Assembly (NCBI GenBank): GCA_040954595.2
Contig: CM082586.2
Coordinates: forward strand, 2,485,124-2,549,123
Length of the DNA: 64,000 bases
Direction: 5' to 3'
Origin: Balanoglossus misakiensis
Lineage: Eukaryota; Animalia; Hemichordata
Made by a program: the position numbers and the translations under genes. This document shows, piece by piece, positions 52,450 through 64,000 of the stretch; within the stretch, counting starts at the first letter, position 1; every line of letters starts with the position of its first letter. The notes beneath the pieces are model-generated. The model was not told where the DNA came from. It did not search any database and saw only the letters and a program-made list of their open reading frames with translations.

Positions 52450-54058
52450 GGTTATATTTTGATACCATAAGGTCAGAGTGCAAGACCAGAAGTCTTTTTC
52501 AAAACCTGGGCAAAATAAACAAGAAAACACCAGAAAAGTTCTGATCTGTGTTGTTGCTTCATCGATACTGCAAAAATACAAATGGTTGACTCAAAAATGT
52601 CGATTCCACGCAGGGCTTACCTATACCTGGTTATATAATTCGCAGACCGGGAATCGGTAATTTCCAATGACGACACCAGAATCGCAAAGGTTCTTGGGAG
52701 TTTCGATCAAACAAATACATGATTGAATAATCAGTATTGTGGCAGGTTATCGTTGTAAATGTTGGTGTCAGCGGTCACTCGCCGTTACCTTGGAAACCGC
52801 ACGCCCACAGTCGCACCTCTCGATCGACCTGTTTCGTTGCTAATAAAGGTCACGTGGTTCATAAATTTTGAAGCTGTCTATGGACAATTGCAAGCTTTCT
52901 GCTTGTTTGCGGTATATACTTTCAGTTTGTGAAACTGATCTCTACTGTTGCTTATGATCGGCTTGTTCTGTGCAGGGCAAACACAGGTCACATCACAAGC
53001 AGTCACTGTATTAAATGACTGTCGTCACAAACAGACGCATAAGTGGGCGAGCTAAAATTTCAGTTTTTCGGGGTTTGTCCTATGAGGGCGCCCAAAACCG
53101 ATACAGTTTTACATATTGCGTAGTCCTAAAATCGGCAAGTCACAAAGTGCGGCCAAGTGAATTAACGATCAAAAATCGTGATACCACATGAAAAGAGGTA
53201 GATAGCGGATCCCTACTCGCACTTACGATGAGCAGAGTAAGTGTGGGAATGTAATAGCAAACTCTCCGAAACCCACGTGCTTGTACGCCTACAATACGCA
53301 TGCGTGTATCTCTGCACCAACAAACACGCCCCGTTCACTATCAGCGGCATGGGTACGACGCTACTGGCAGGGAAATGGTGATTGACATACACATTCCAAG
53401 GAGAATTACTTCATGGGTAGGTGGAAAAATAAACGTGGGGTGGGGCTTTTGGAAAATGCGGCATATTTGAAATTAGTTGTCCTCCCAAAATGAAAAATTA
53501 TTAACTGTGTTCAATGACCTAGCGTTTGGTTCGTCCATGCCGTTCTTTCTCTTAGTTTGTCGCTTCTTGAAAATCTCACTCACTAAAAAGTACAGGATAG
53601 CATTTGCCATTTTATTTATATTTACAGGATACATTGAAACTGCGTTTGAGAACAATTCTGTATTAATTACAGTATAATAGAGTAGACTACAGTTGGTAAA
53701 TAATGAACATGGTGTTGGGCAGTATCCCAATATACGATGATGTGTAAAGTTGTAATATCTGCTGGATGTTGTATGTTGTGTAGTTTGTATCGCAAAGTCA
53801 TTGAGTTCAAAACATGTATAAATTTAAAATTATAATTGGTAAAACATGTATTCGTACCATCATTGTCATCGAGTTTGGAATAGATATTGTCAGCGCTGGA
53901 TTCAAATTCAAGCGGTCTTCTCTTACGTAATAGGAATCGGGTTCATCAGCGCTGAAGTGGATTCAGATTCCCGTCGATTCGTCAGCCGAAGATTCATGAC
54001 CCAGAATCTCATCTGTGCTCATAGCCACGGAATCTGGACAGCAGGATTGCAGTCTCAA

Positions 54059-56318
54059 TTAAAGAATCTTCATGCAGTGTTTCCCATCGGGTCTTAACCT
54101 GTAGCCGACAAGGCAGGAACAGTTGAAAAATCCCTGATACGAGGTGCAAATCTGTTCACAGCCGCCGTTTCTGTCAGCGCAGTGGTTTACATCTACGTGA
54201 GCTGATGGTCAAGAAGTGAAAAAAACATGATGTAAAATTGTGCATCTGGGAATGTTGATGAAATGCAACAGACGACAAAAAGTTACAAGTGAATGAGGGG
54301 TAAGTAAGCTTTCTAAGTAATCCAAAAGCATATAAAGCTATGAAAATGTGGGTATTTAATGCTTATGCTCGTTCAGGGGCCCTAGAGTCAAGATTGCTAT
54401 TTTGCATAAACATCTGGATGGCCGTAAGGTAACAGAAACAGATATAGACTCCAGCCCATACGCCCCACGGTGTGGGAAATGAAAGCTTCTTATTTGCACA
54501 GAAGCACCGAAAACGCGTGTTATTATGATTCATCGTAGAATTGGACAGACTTAATTAAGCATAACACAAAATCATAAAATAATTTATTGATAAAACGTAC
54601 CTGCGATTGATGCTTGCACAATAGCAGCAGTTGTTGCTATTGCTGTTAATACCATCAAGATGAGAACGATGGAGCAAATTATTTTTCCGTATCCCTTCTG
54701 TCGTCTTCTCTGTCAAAGAGCGGGAAGGGAAACATTTGGAATCATAGAACAGTAAACTTCTTCGGCTGAACATATTTTTCAATGAATCATGACAGTACAA
54801 AGTATCAATCAAAATAAACTATAATTGTTGTACAGGATAAAGTTGACTAAATATTTTTTTGGAAACAAATGGAGCAAAACAATCGACTGAGATGTGTAAT
54901 TTTCGGGAAATGTTTCCGCTTACCTTTTCCATGGCTGTACACAGTAGAAAAAACTAATTCCAAATGACCGACCGATTTTAAAAATAAATTGAGCAAATGT
55001 CACGTGATGAGGTCAAGATGGCCAAAGGTTAGCGGTCCGTCAAGGGTGAGGCTATGACCCATAACATGACTGGTATACTCGTGTGTATGCACATCGATAT
55101 ACATGTTAAAGTTAACATTCTTTGACGTTGTAAATTTATAACAGACAGAAGAGCTCGGATGCAGTTTCTGAAACATTTTATTGATTTGTTTGGCACTGAA
55201 TCCTCGGTGTAGTTTTCGTCAGTGCATAATAAGGCAAGGTGTCCGTCTGGTGACCGAAACAAAACCTATTGTTGTCAGAGTCAAAGGTGCAGATGGTGTT
55301 CGCTTTCTCATTAGTTTCCAAAGCCGTATGGAGGATCGTTCTATGAATCTCATTTCTGGCGTCTATTGTCATGCAAATCCATCGAAAGAAAACAACTCGA
55401 AGAGTACGGTTACGGTTCGTGTAAAGTATTCCACAATGACTGTGGGCCCTGGTTGATAGTTCGAGTGTCAAATCAGCAAGTTAACGACAGAACACTCGCG
55501 GCCATGACGGTTAACATATTTTATTCAAAATATACGATATTCAAAAGTGAACTTAATAACTGTGTGGTATACAGATTGGATTTTGTTGTATAATTAGGTT
55601 AATCTACATATGGAAATTACGGTCATGTGGTAGAACGTTTGGTAGAGAGATCCATTCTTGGAATACTGTTTCGAGGTGATGTTTCGAAATTTCAAAACCA
55701 CTTCACTATTGCATTCTATTGAGACAGATGTGAGAGAATTATTGTCCAGTAATTTTTTTGCAACTTTTCTCGTCGCCAGCTAGCTCGAATCCGTCACGAC
55801 AGGAGCAGTTGTAAAAATTAACATAACTGTGACATAGTTGCTGACAGCCACCATTTCTGTCGACGCAATGGTCAATATCTGCGTATGTAAAATATATTAG
55901 CATATTTAGACAGAAATGTGTGTTGCGCCCTCACCTGCAGAAGCATTGGGAGGGGAGCCTCACTTTGGAAAGGAAGCCATCTTTGTTTTCGAGTTATGTC
56001 TGGTGAAGGTGCAGGACTCCACGTGTGGTGTGTTCAATTAAAGATGTTGTTCAACACAACGTGTCAACGTCGTGTGGTCGTTTTAATATTGTATCTACAT
56101 GAAGTCATTTCTAAACCTTTGTAAACTTAAAAAAAAAACGTTTGCGTTACAGACAGCGAGGATATTAAGTGTTGTGATCGTGCAAATTAAAATCTTACCG
56201 CTGGGCAATGCCGCAATCCTTTCAACGATGACCACGGCGGTCACGAGTGCCCCCAAAATCATCACCATGGCAATAATGGAAAGGCAAATTCTCAGGAGCA
56301 GCTTTTTATGTCGTTTCT
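54059..56318 (-). pseudogene. TM + EGF gene remnant or short gene, probable paralog of the upstream type II EGF gene
   Basis: TM exon KRHKKLLLRICLSIIAMVMILGALVTAVVIVERIAALPS|GTAAG (~56318-56199) and terminal EGF exon VNHCADRNGGCEQICTSYQGFFNCSCLVGYRLRPDGKHCMKIL* (~54192-54059). The intervening and upstream exon candidates carry in-frame stops, so no clean full model could be built. Confidence 0.45.
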
Positions 56319-58028
56319 GCAAGTGATTTGAATGAGGTAAAATATTATGATGACGTCAGTAGTCCACTGACACCTGAAAATTGACAGAAGATAGGAAATA
56401 CCATGCAGCTTTAATAGCTCCGCCATCTTGGAGTCCTATGGAAAGAAATCGCCTGATTTCTCTTGCAATATTCATACCTGCTCACTGACATTATCCGATA
56501 TTAATGGCCTATGAGACGTTTGCTTGTCGGTCATGGCGACGATGGGCACTGTAAGAAAACAGAGTTATGTCAAAATGCAAATGCTTTTGTGGTATCGAGT
56601 TCAGGCTTTGTCGTCTTTATATTGTTTTCAGGTACAAACCTCGAAAAGTCCTACACGACTTAAATATTTTACTGTTAAGCGAAAATGTTTGTTGTCGAGG
56701 TATTATCATTTTAAAAATAGACACCATCAGCTTTGTGCTGGCACTTATGCGATATTTTTATGCTTTTGAGGTTATAGTAAAATTCGATTTAGGGTCAAAG
56801 GTTGAGTGGTGTCCACACAGTATAGGAAACTTACCTTAAAATACAATGTCAGCGAGCCTGAAGTTCTATCAGCACTCTCTTCATTTTAGACGTGTATGAA
56901 AAAGACCGAGAAATGACTATTAATCAAAGCAAAGCCAACCGTATGGGAGTAATAAAAACAAGAAGAGGTGTCATATAACGCCTTATGGTTGGATGTTGGT
57001 TTAAAAGGCAAATAATCATCGTCCTGTCTGCATGACTAAGCTGGCTCATTCTGTATATATCCCCCCAGCCAACAGGAGGGGTCCCCCTACCCGAAATAAA
57101 AGACCTTGTTGGTAGGTGAGATGACAAATAGTAGGCCGTCGTGTACAAAAAGCATATCATTATTCGTTTCGCCGTTACATAAAAAGAAAATTACATTTAA
57201 AATCATAATGGGTGTGCAAACACTCGGTGGAAGCATATCCAACAGGTTATTTATATGCGGCAATGTTGAGAGTGATGGTAGAGCTGTCACTGGAGCGGAG
57301 AACAAAACACCTGTGGCTTCGACGTACCCAATTGGAAATAGGGAAAGACAACCCCAGGTGTCAGGTTATTCATGAGAATCAAATTACCGTTGTTTAGTTC
57401 CGCAACACTTACCGGCATTTAGGCTGTTGTTCAGGTGCTTGTAAACTCCAGACCCACCCTCGGTACTGCGTATACGCCGCCGCGATTATTTGTGTTCACG
57501 ACTGAAATAGAACGGAGTGTGAAAAAGCATGTGACACGAAAATTTATAACCCACGCAACAGAGTTATCCATTTTATGTGCATACGTCATTCGCCACAGAC
57601 AGATACATCCTGTTCACTACAATAAATACACCATCTGAACGACAACCCAAAATACGTTTGTCATCACATCACAGATGAAATTACACCTTTAATCCAGTTC
57701 CTTTAAATATGCAATACATGACTTTGTACAGATGTTGTTGTAATATATCAAACTATTTAGTCACGATTATCATACAATTTTCATGATTGTTGAAATACAA
57801 TCATGGAAACGGTGCCAAACCTTTTTGGAAGAAAATACCTAATTTCCGCAAATCTCTGTAGTAATAGATATGTTATCTACATTTAATGACTTCTCTGTCT
57901 GGAAGGTCAGTTTTTTCTAGTTAGCGCACAAAACTCTGCTATAAAGTTTCAGTAAGAAGAATTTCAGTTGTATTTCATTTTGTGAATTCAATGTTAACAT
58001 TGTGTGCTCTGATGACTCAGACGTGCGT

Positions 58029-61000
58029 TCAGGGACAAAACGATTCCGCTGTGATTCCTCTTGGGTTCGTGATACTGATGTTGAACCTTGTTCCCAGTCC
58101 GCTGTTGTCGTTTCTTGCCAATGCCATAACGTCACCACTGTATTTGAAACAGAAGGAATATTAATACTCTTGCACACAAAGAACATAAATACATTCTTCC
58201 GTCCATTCATCAACCATAAGGCAATACAGAATCACATAATGATGCTTACTACTCATTACTAATCCAGTAGATGCTATCTTGTGTGAATGCCATATCAAAT
58301 GGCCTTTTTCCATCCGCTGTTATTATTTGGCGCTGGGACGTTGTCAGATCCATACATTCAATCGTGGATACTGCAAGAAAATGACACACAGGTATCAAAC
58401 AGCGCAGAGATTTAAAAACTGGCTTCGTAAATCAACTGTAAATCAAACAAGTATGTACAGTGAGAAACAGCTTACTGTCGTCACACCAGCATAGACGGTC
58501 AGCGTACGGATCGTACTTCAGTCCAGTGAGAGCATCAAGTCCCTCGACCAGTATTGTGGAGTTCTCTCCATCTAGAGTTGCCTGCTCAATGCCATACTCT
58601 GTTGTCGCCAGGTCAAGTCTGTGTTGATAACCCCAGTACAAATCTCTGTTGGGGAGACGTGGCATTGAGACACGTTTAGTTGTAGAATCCACGTTGCGGT
58701 CGCATTTGAAATGACTCTTTGGTAAGGCCTGAGCAATATTTTAGACGATTGCATTTATAATTACTGGCCATAAATTTCATTCGCCAATTAACATGCGCTC
58801 TAACCACTGAAAGCTTATTCGACCCAATTCCAAACGGAAATAGACGGAACTGCATGTGAATACATGTTAGCGATTGGAACTCATTAGATATGCGTCCTCG
58901 TCACATGTACTATTAAAAGCCAACGTTATTCCAGTTGACTATTTCGGGAAGTACTCTGATAATAACGTAATTTGCAAACAGATATTTTATCAATGTGGCA
59001 TAAGTGACCAATTGATAGGTGTTTAGTCCTTTCAGCAACTACGACTGAAGCAAGGGTCCTGGTTTTTAAATGCACCACGTGTGCAATCTGTGTGACAAAA
59101 TAGAGGACGTTCATCTCACCCTGCCATTGGGTTCACCGCTACGGCCAGCGGGTCCCTCCGCCCGGTGTCAGCTATGACGTTCGTGTTCACCTCCGACCCA
59201 TCCAACGAAGCGGACGCGATGTGCTCGTGCTCGTTGTCAGCCCAGTAGATTCTGCCATTGAACGAGTCAACTGCCACGTCTGTAGGCATTTCTATACCTG
59301 GAAGAAAGCAATGTGTTGACGAGGGCGTTGTTTAATACATGTACCCGAACTCTCAAAAGTACGTTAAAAATTGTTATAGAACGTCATCCTTAAGCTTTAT
59401 ATTACCAGCTGTGACTACGTTTTGAACTTCTTCCAATCCGCCATCTTGCAGTCTGCCCCGAAGGATAGAAGATTGCGTCACACTTGACCAAAAGATATAC
59501 CTATAGGAGCATTCATAGTCAATACCATAGGCTCCCTGGCTTTCTGATAATAACACGGGATCACCGCCAGCTACGACGCTGTAAATTCCACTGGCTGAGT
59601 CGGTGTAGTACAGTACGGCTGGAAGATAATAAGAACGAATTCGATGCATTTCAAGCAAGGGACAAAATATCACATTGACTTGTTAAATTCACCCGATGCA
59701 GGTTACTAGACACTTGTGCCACTTAATCAATGATATACATGTGACTCCTTTTGAAATGTATTGCACCAACAAATGGTGCAGTGCCATAAGATAAGTCCCA
59801 CTGGCCGTGTAACTGTTAACCCTACCGTCACAAGATCTCCCGTCTGCGTTCAGAACGTAGCCTGTTCCACAATGGCAAACGAATGACCCCTCTGTATTTT
59901 CACAAGTCTGCTCACATCCTCCATTATCGACATTACATTCATTAATATCTGTTGAAACAAAGAAAAAAAAACATTTTAAACAATTCAGTGAGCTAGTATT
60001 TATATCAGCACGGGATCCGGCCTGTGAACAGTTAAGTCAATTCTAAACATCTTAAATATGTCAGCGTCTCCTTTGAACTATCGGATAGGGCTTTTAATGG
60101 GCAAACATACCATCACATGTTACATTATCGTCACTTAGCTGAAACCCTTCATTACAATCACATCTAAAAGTTGACACCAGACCAATGCAAATCTGCTCAC
60201 AGTCATTTACTTCGGTAGCACACACGTCTATTTCTAGAAATTAAAACATGAATATTGTGTGAATCGTTATGTTAAATCCCCTGTATTCTTTGGATAACCT
60301 TTCTTTGGATTTTCACTGCATACAAGAATTATATTTATCAATCGCCAATAATTATACAATTTATGATAATTCATTACTATCACAATTGTCATCTTATAGA
60401 TCCTCTGGGATCAATGATATACTCTTAGCGGGTAGGGTGTTCAACAGACCTACTGGAAAACATACCATTGCATGTTTTACCATCATCATTGAGCAGATAA
60501 CCTTCGTGACAGGAGCAGGTAAAGAATGGCACCTTATTAACGCAAATCTGTTGACAGTCATTATCGCCGCTTTCGCATTCGTTAATGTCTGAAAATTGGA
60601 ATGGATCATTCGAGATTAGTACTGAGAGTACCGAATACACAAAATATTCGTCCTAGGCTGGGAGTTGATGTCTGCGCTTTACATCTTCTATTTCTTGGAG
60701 ACATGCTGTTGACTCTTTGGTGTCAGGCCCTGTCTTGTTGAGCCACGACATTTTCCTTGTCTTCTACGAGAATGCCCGCTGTGAAGCACAGTAATTATGA
60801 GAACAAACATAGTACCACTAAGTAGTTCAAACTTACCACCACACGATCTGTTGTTGGCGCCCAGTGCGTAACCATCCAGACACGAACAGACGACACCGCT
60901 AACGTTGCTAAACGAGCAGTTGTGCTGACAGCCGCCATTTTCCACCGAGCACAGGCCAACTTCATCAAATAGTTCTGAAAGCACAGTCAGCTCGTAGATT

Positions 61001-61832
61001 AACTTTGGAATCGATGGCATACGAAAGAAACGTCATCTATTGTCATACCCCTGCAACCGGCTGTTTGGGCACTATATTTAATAGTCATATGTCAACACAT
61101 TAACAGACGACTTATAATCCAATTTTGCCACATCGGCCTCCATAATATATTTGCGTCCGGGGCGGTTGATAGTCAGATTACAATATCACTTTTCATTGAC
61201 ATATGGTTAGACACCACAGTTAATTAAAGTAAAGATATATATGCTATGAAATGGCAGTGCTCAGGTTCTGAGAAACATCAACCAACCGGCCAGTGTTTCT
61301 GTTTATATGCCTGTACTTTCTTTACCTGAAACATTCGTCTCATTTGCGTATCATTGCATCACATTCATGCATCTCAGATTTCTTTGTTTGCATGATTGAT
61401 ATCATGCAGAACACTTACCTTGCGATCCCAATCTTCCCGGAATAAACAACACCATCACAATGACAACGGCCACGGCCACCAATACTATAAGCGTCCAGCA
61501 CACGATTCTCCCTACAGACTGTCGTTTGCCTTGCTAAAATCGGAAGGGGGTTCGATTTAAAGTAGATGGGGGAAAGGAGTCTCAGAAGAAGCATGTGACA
61601 TGGACAGGTCGTACACAAGTCAACCTGAATCTCGGTAGAAAGATAGCATGGCGACTATCCCACAAATCGTAGTTTAATGTCTCATGTTCGAGCCAAGCCA
61701 AACCATACCAAATCAACCAAAACAAATAAAAAACGAACATTTTAAGCGAACAAACAATCGGATAAAATAACTTACTTCAAGTCCCCTGTCTTGATCGAGT
61801 AGTCCATTCTGTTCAGCGTTCGGGTTCGCCAT
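58029..61832 (-). CDS. Type II membrane protein with 4 EGF/cbEGF repeats and a C-terminal YWTD (LDLR class B / nidogen G3-like) beta-propeller, ~11 exons
   Basis: [19 protein letters not shown]|[33 protein letters not shown] (N-terminal anchor); EGF exons [58 protein letters not shown]; propeller motifs YIFWSS, RIYWAD, DLYWG, RLCWCD, SIYWIS; ends [11 protein letters not shown]. Confidence 0.85.
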
Positions 61833-64000
61833 AGCAGTTCAACACACCTGAAAGGACAACCCATGAATACACTGTATTTCTTTGCAAGAGCGCATGTACT
61901 ACACCCGGAAAAACTGGGACGTCGCTCTTTATATGTTTTCACTGTTTACACGTATTCATACAACAATAATTATTCCATCCTATAGGTACGCCACGTATGC
62001 TTCGGTCAAGCTATTTTTATCTCGAATACACTCTTCAACTGTCGACGCGAAAGAATGGCATGTCATTATTCTTCTCTTTCAATTCATTGTACCTGCCACG
62101 TTAATTTTACTACTCTGAAATTTCACATTTTATATAATTCGTTTACATGCTCACACGGTGGTATGGTTGATGTTTCTCAGGGTACATCCATTTCGAAATA
62201 TACTGACAGAAACGACAGTCTATACTATTCTTAAACATAAACTAATATATAACGGTCGCCACGAGGTTGTTCGTTTTGGATTTATGAACGTTGCACCGCG
62301 GTATAGGTACCCGACGGACTATTAACCGCTACGGGTAACGTGTTGGTGTATTTCCATGTTCTACGTTCAAATAGTGACAAATATGAACACCCGTACCTAT
62401 CCTCCAAAATACAGAGACTGAAAATAACAGACATTCACGATTTGAACAGAATACCACTTTGGCCATGAAACGAAACAAGAGGAATCGCACGTAAATAACA
62501 ATGTGCTGGTAGGAACAGAACCACAGAATATGTGTTTTTGCACACCAGGTAGATCGATGGCGGGTTCTCCCAACCCTTTTTTCAATACATGTATCAACTG
62601 AATAATTCTCACTGCGGGAAAAAAAAGAATTTCGGATGGAATATAACATGGTTAGGAAAATTGTATTAGACAACATTTAGGTGGGTATTTCATAGTAACG
62701 TCATAAATGTTACAAAATGCGGTAAAATGCGGTCCTTTTATATTGATGGTATTGATGAGGTAAAAGAACATTTCGCCTGATTCTTCTATGAAAATAATGT
62801 CGACGGTTCAATTTTTTGTTTGAAATTGAAGAAAGTAACACCACCTTTGTGTTCCCTTAGTCTGAGTAAAAATAAAACCATTTTAGTGGTGGTCTGTGAT
62901 ACCATATGTGCAGTAAAGGACTTCGAGAGTCAAACGTATATTTTTTGCAAATTCGACGCAAGGATCTAGGTAGTATATTCGTGCACCTACCTGAGTATCC
63001 GTTCACTGAACTAGGGTCGACGAATGTTGCTGTTTTTGATGACCGGTGGATGACAGTACGAATCGAGGAACATAAAATTCCGTGCTGCGCCGTGTGACTA
63101 GTGTGTATACGATTGTGTTTTTATACCGTTTGTGCTAATTTTAGAACGCTGCGCGCGTTGACTCTAAAGTGAGAGCACACTCGCGGTTGTCTACCTTGTG
63201 GCATACAGTCTGTGTGTAAACAATGTACTCTGTACACGATATAGATATAATTCCAATATCAAAGTAATATATTCGGCCTCATACTGCTGTGTCCCGATAT
63301 TTTTTGTGTCCGATTTTAACCCCGTCACTTTAAAACGTGACTGACGTAATACTACAAATCTGCGAGTGATTGGTCCCACCGAGATGTGGCATTGCATTTC
63401 ACATGGGAGTAAATATCACTGATACATTTAATGACATTCACAGTGCATGTGCCCGCATTTTGTAAAGTTAAGCTGTGAAAGTTGTTACGTGTGACAGTGA
63501 CAGACAAAGAATATAAGAAAAGACAATGAAAATGTTGCTTTTCGGAAGGAACGTAGCTATTTTTTATCATGTTATCATTACGCACAATATACAACACAGA
63601 CAATGTGAATATGCGTTCTGACTTCTGTTGTTGTAGTACCTCCATGGTAACGAGGGTTGGATGGGCGATGTAGTCAAAGGTCGCCCTTCTTTTATGGCTT
63701 TCTGCCTTCTACGAAGTAGGTCTACAGGAAACAGAAAATGTATGCCATCCAGGTAATATTGCCAAGAAATGTCCGTCCAAGTCCAGATGTGTGCTGTACT
63801 GTTTACGGATATAGTTGTGCTTCTTATTGCAGAAAAATGATTGTGGTGTTGAACTTAAACTTAGAACGTTGGTTTAGCGTCAATAATCACCTCTCTGCAG
63901 TTTAGGGAATTAAACAATCAGATATGTTGGTATGTCTAATGCTGACACTTGGGCCATCAACTTAAAAACGGGGGAACATCGATCCTTAAAACGAGACGGT

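Noticed and set aside
53295-53306. NRF1-like palindrome tACGCATGCGTg upstream of the putative mitochondrial TREX
   Set aside because: Two mismatches to the consensus and ~850 bp from the ATG; too weak to support.
50936-54192. Fusion of the EGF/TM gene to the dead TREX as a receptor tail
   Set aside because: The EGF exon ends in a stop at 54059-54061, and the TREX paralog has its own well-formed ATG exon at 52449.
55933-56373. In-frame TGA codons as selenocysteine
   Set aside because: No redox motif context, no identifiable SECIS, and the exon phases do not join cleanly; decay is the simpler explanation.
63637-63752. Plus-strand AG...GT bounded open segment
   Set aside because: Single candidate exon at the window edge with no recognisable protein similarity.
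1-64000. CRISPR arrays, rRNA/tRNA genes, prokaryotic operons
   Set aside because: None seen; the window is spliceosomal-intron-rich animal DNA.

Overview
This is intron-rich eukaryotic DNA from an AT-rich invertebrate-type animal genome, not a prokaryote, so most of the six-frame ORFs are intronic or antisense noise. Splicing by eye (GT-AG, phase-consistent) gives the following from left to right. (1) The 5' part of an unidentified minus-strand gene with several alternative leader exons (1-~22.8 kb), head-to-head with (2) ATP6V1H (23069-27498). (3) A 6-exon, ~1103-aa minus-strand gene (34789-30158): a coiled coil fused to a RAG1/Transib/Chapaev-type transposase core with an inserted PHD finger and all three DDE positions apparently lost. 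It shares a ~300-bp divergent promoter with (4) CAND1 (35091-44490). (5) A compact minus-strand trio: an intact TREX-type DEDDh exonuclease, a death-fold (DED/PYD-like)-FAM111-type trypsin protease fusion, and a catalytically dead TREX paralog whose spliced N-terminus looks like a mitochondrial presequence. (6) A type II membrane EGF/YWTD-propeller gene plus a degenerate-looking TM+EGF neighbour. The trio and the domesticated RAG1-like gene are the strongest candidates for undescribed biology. Family assignments rest on motifs recognised by eye; no searches were run.
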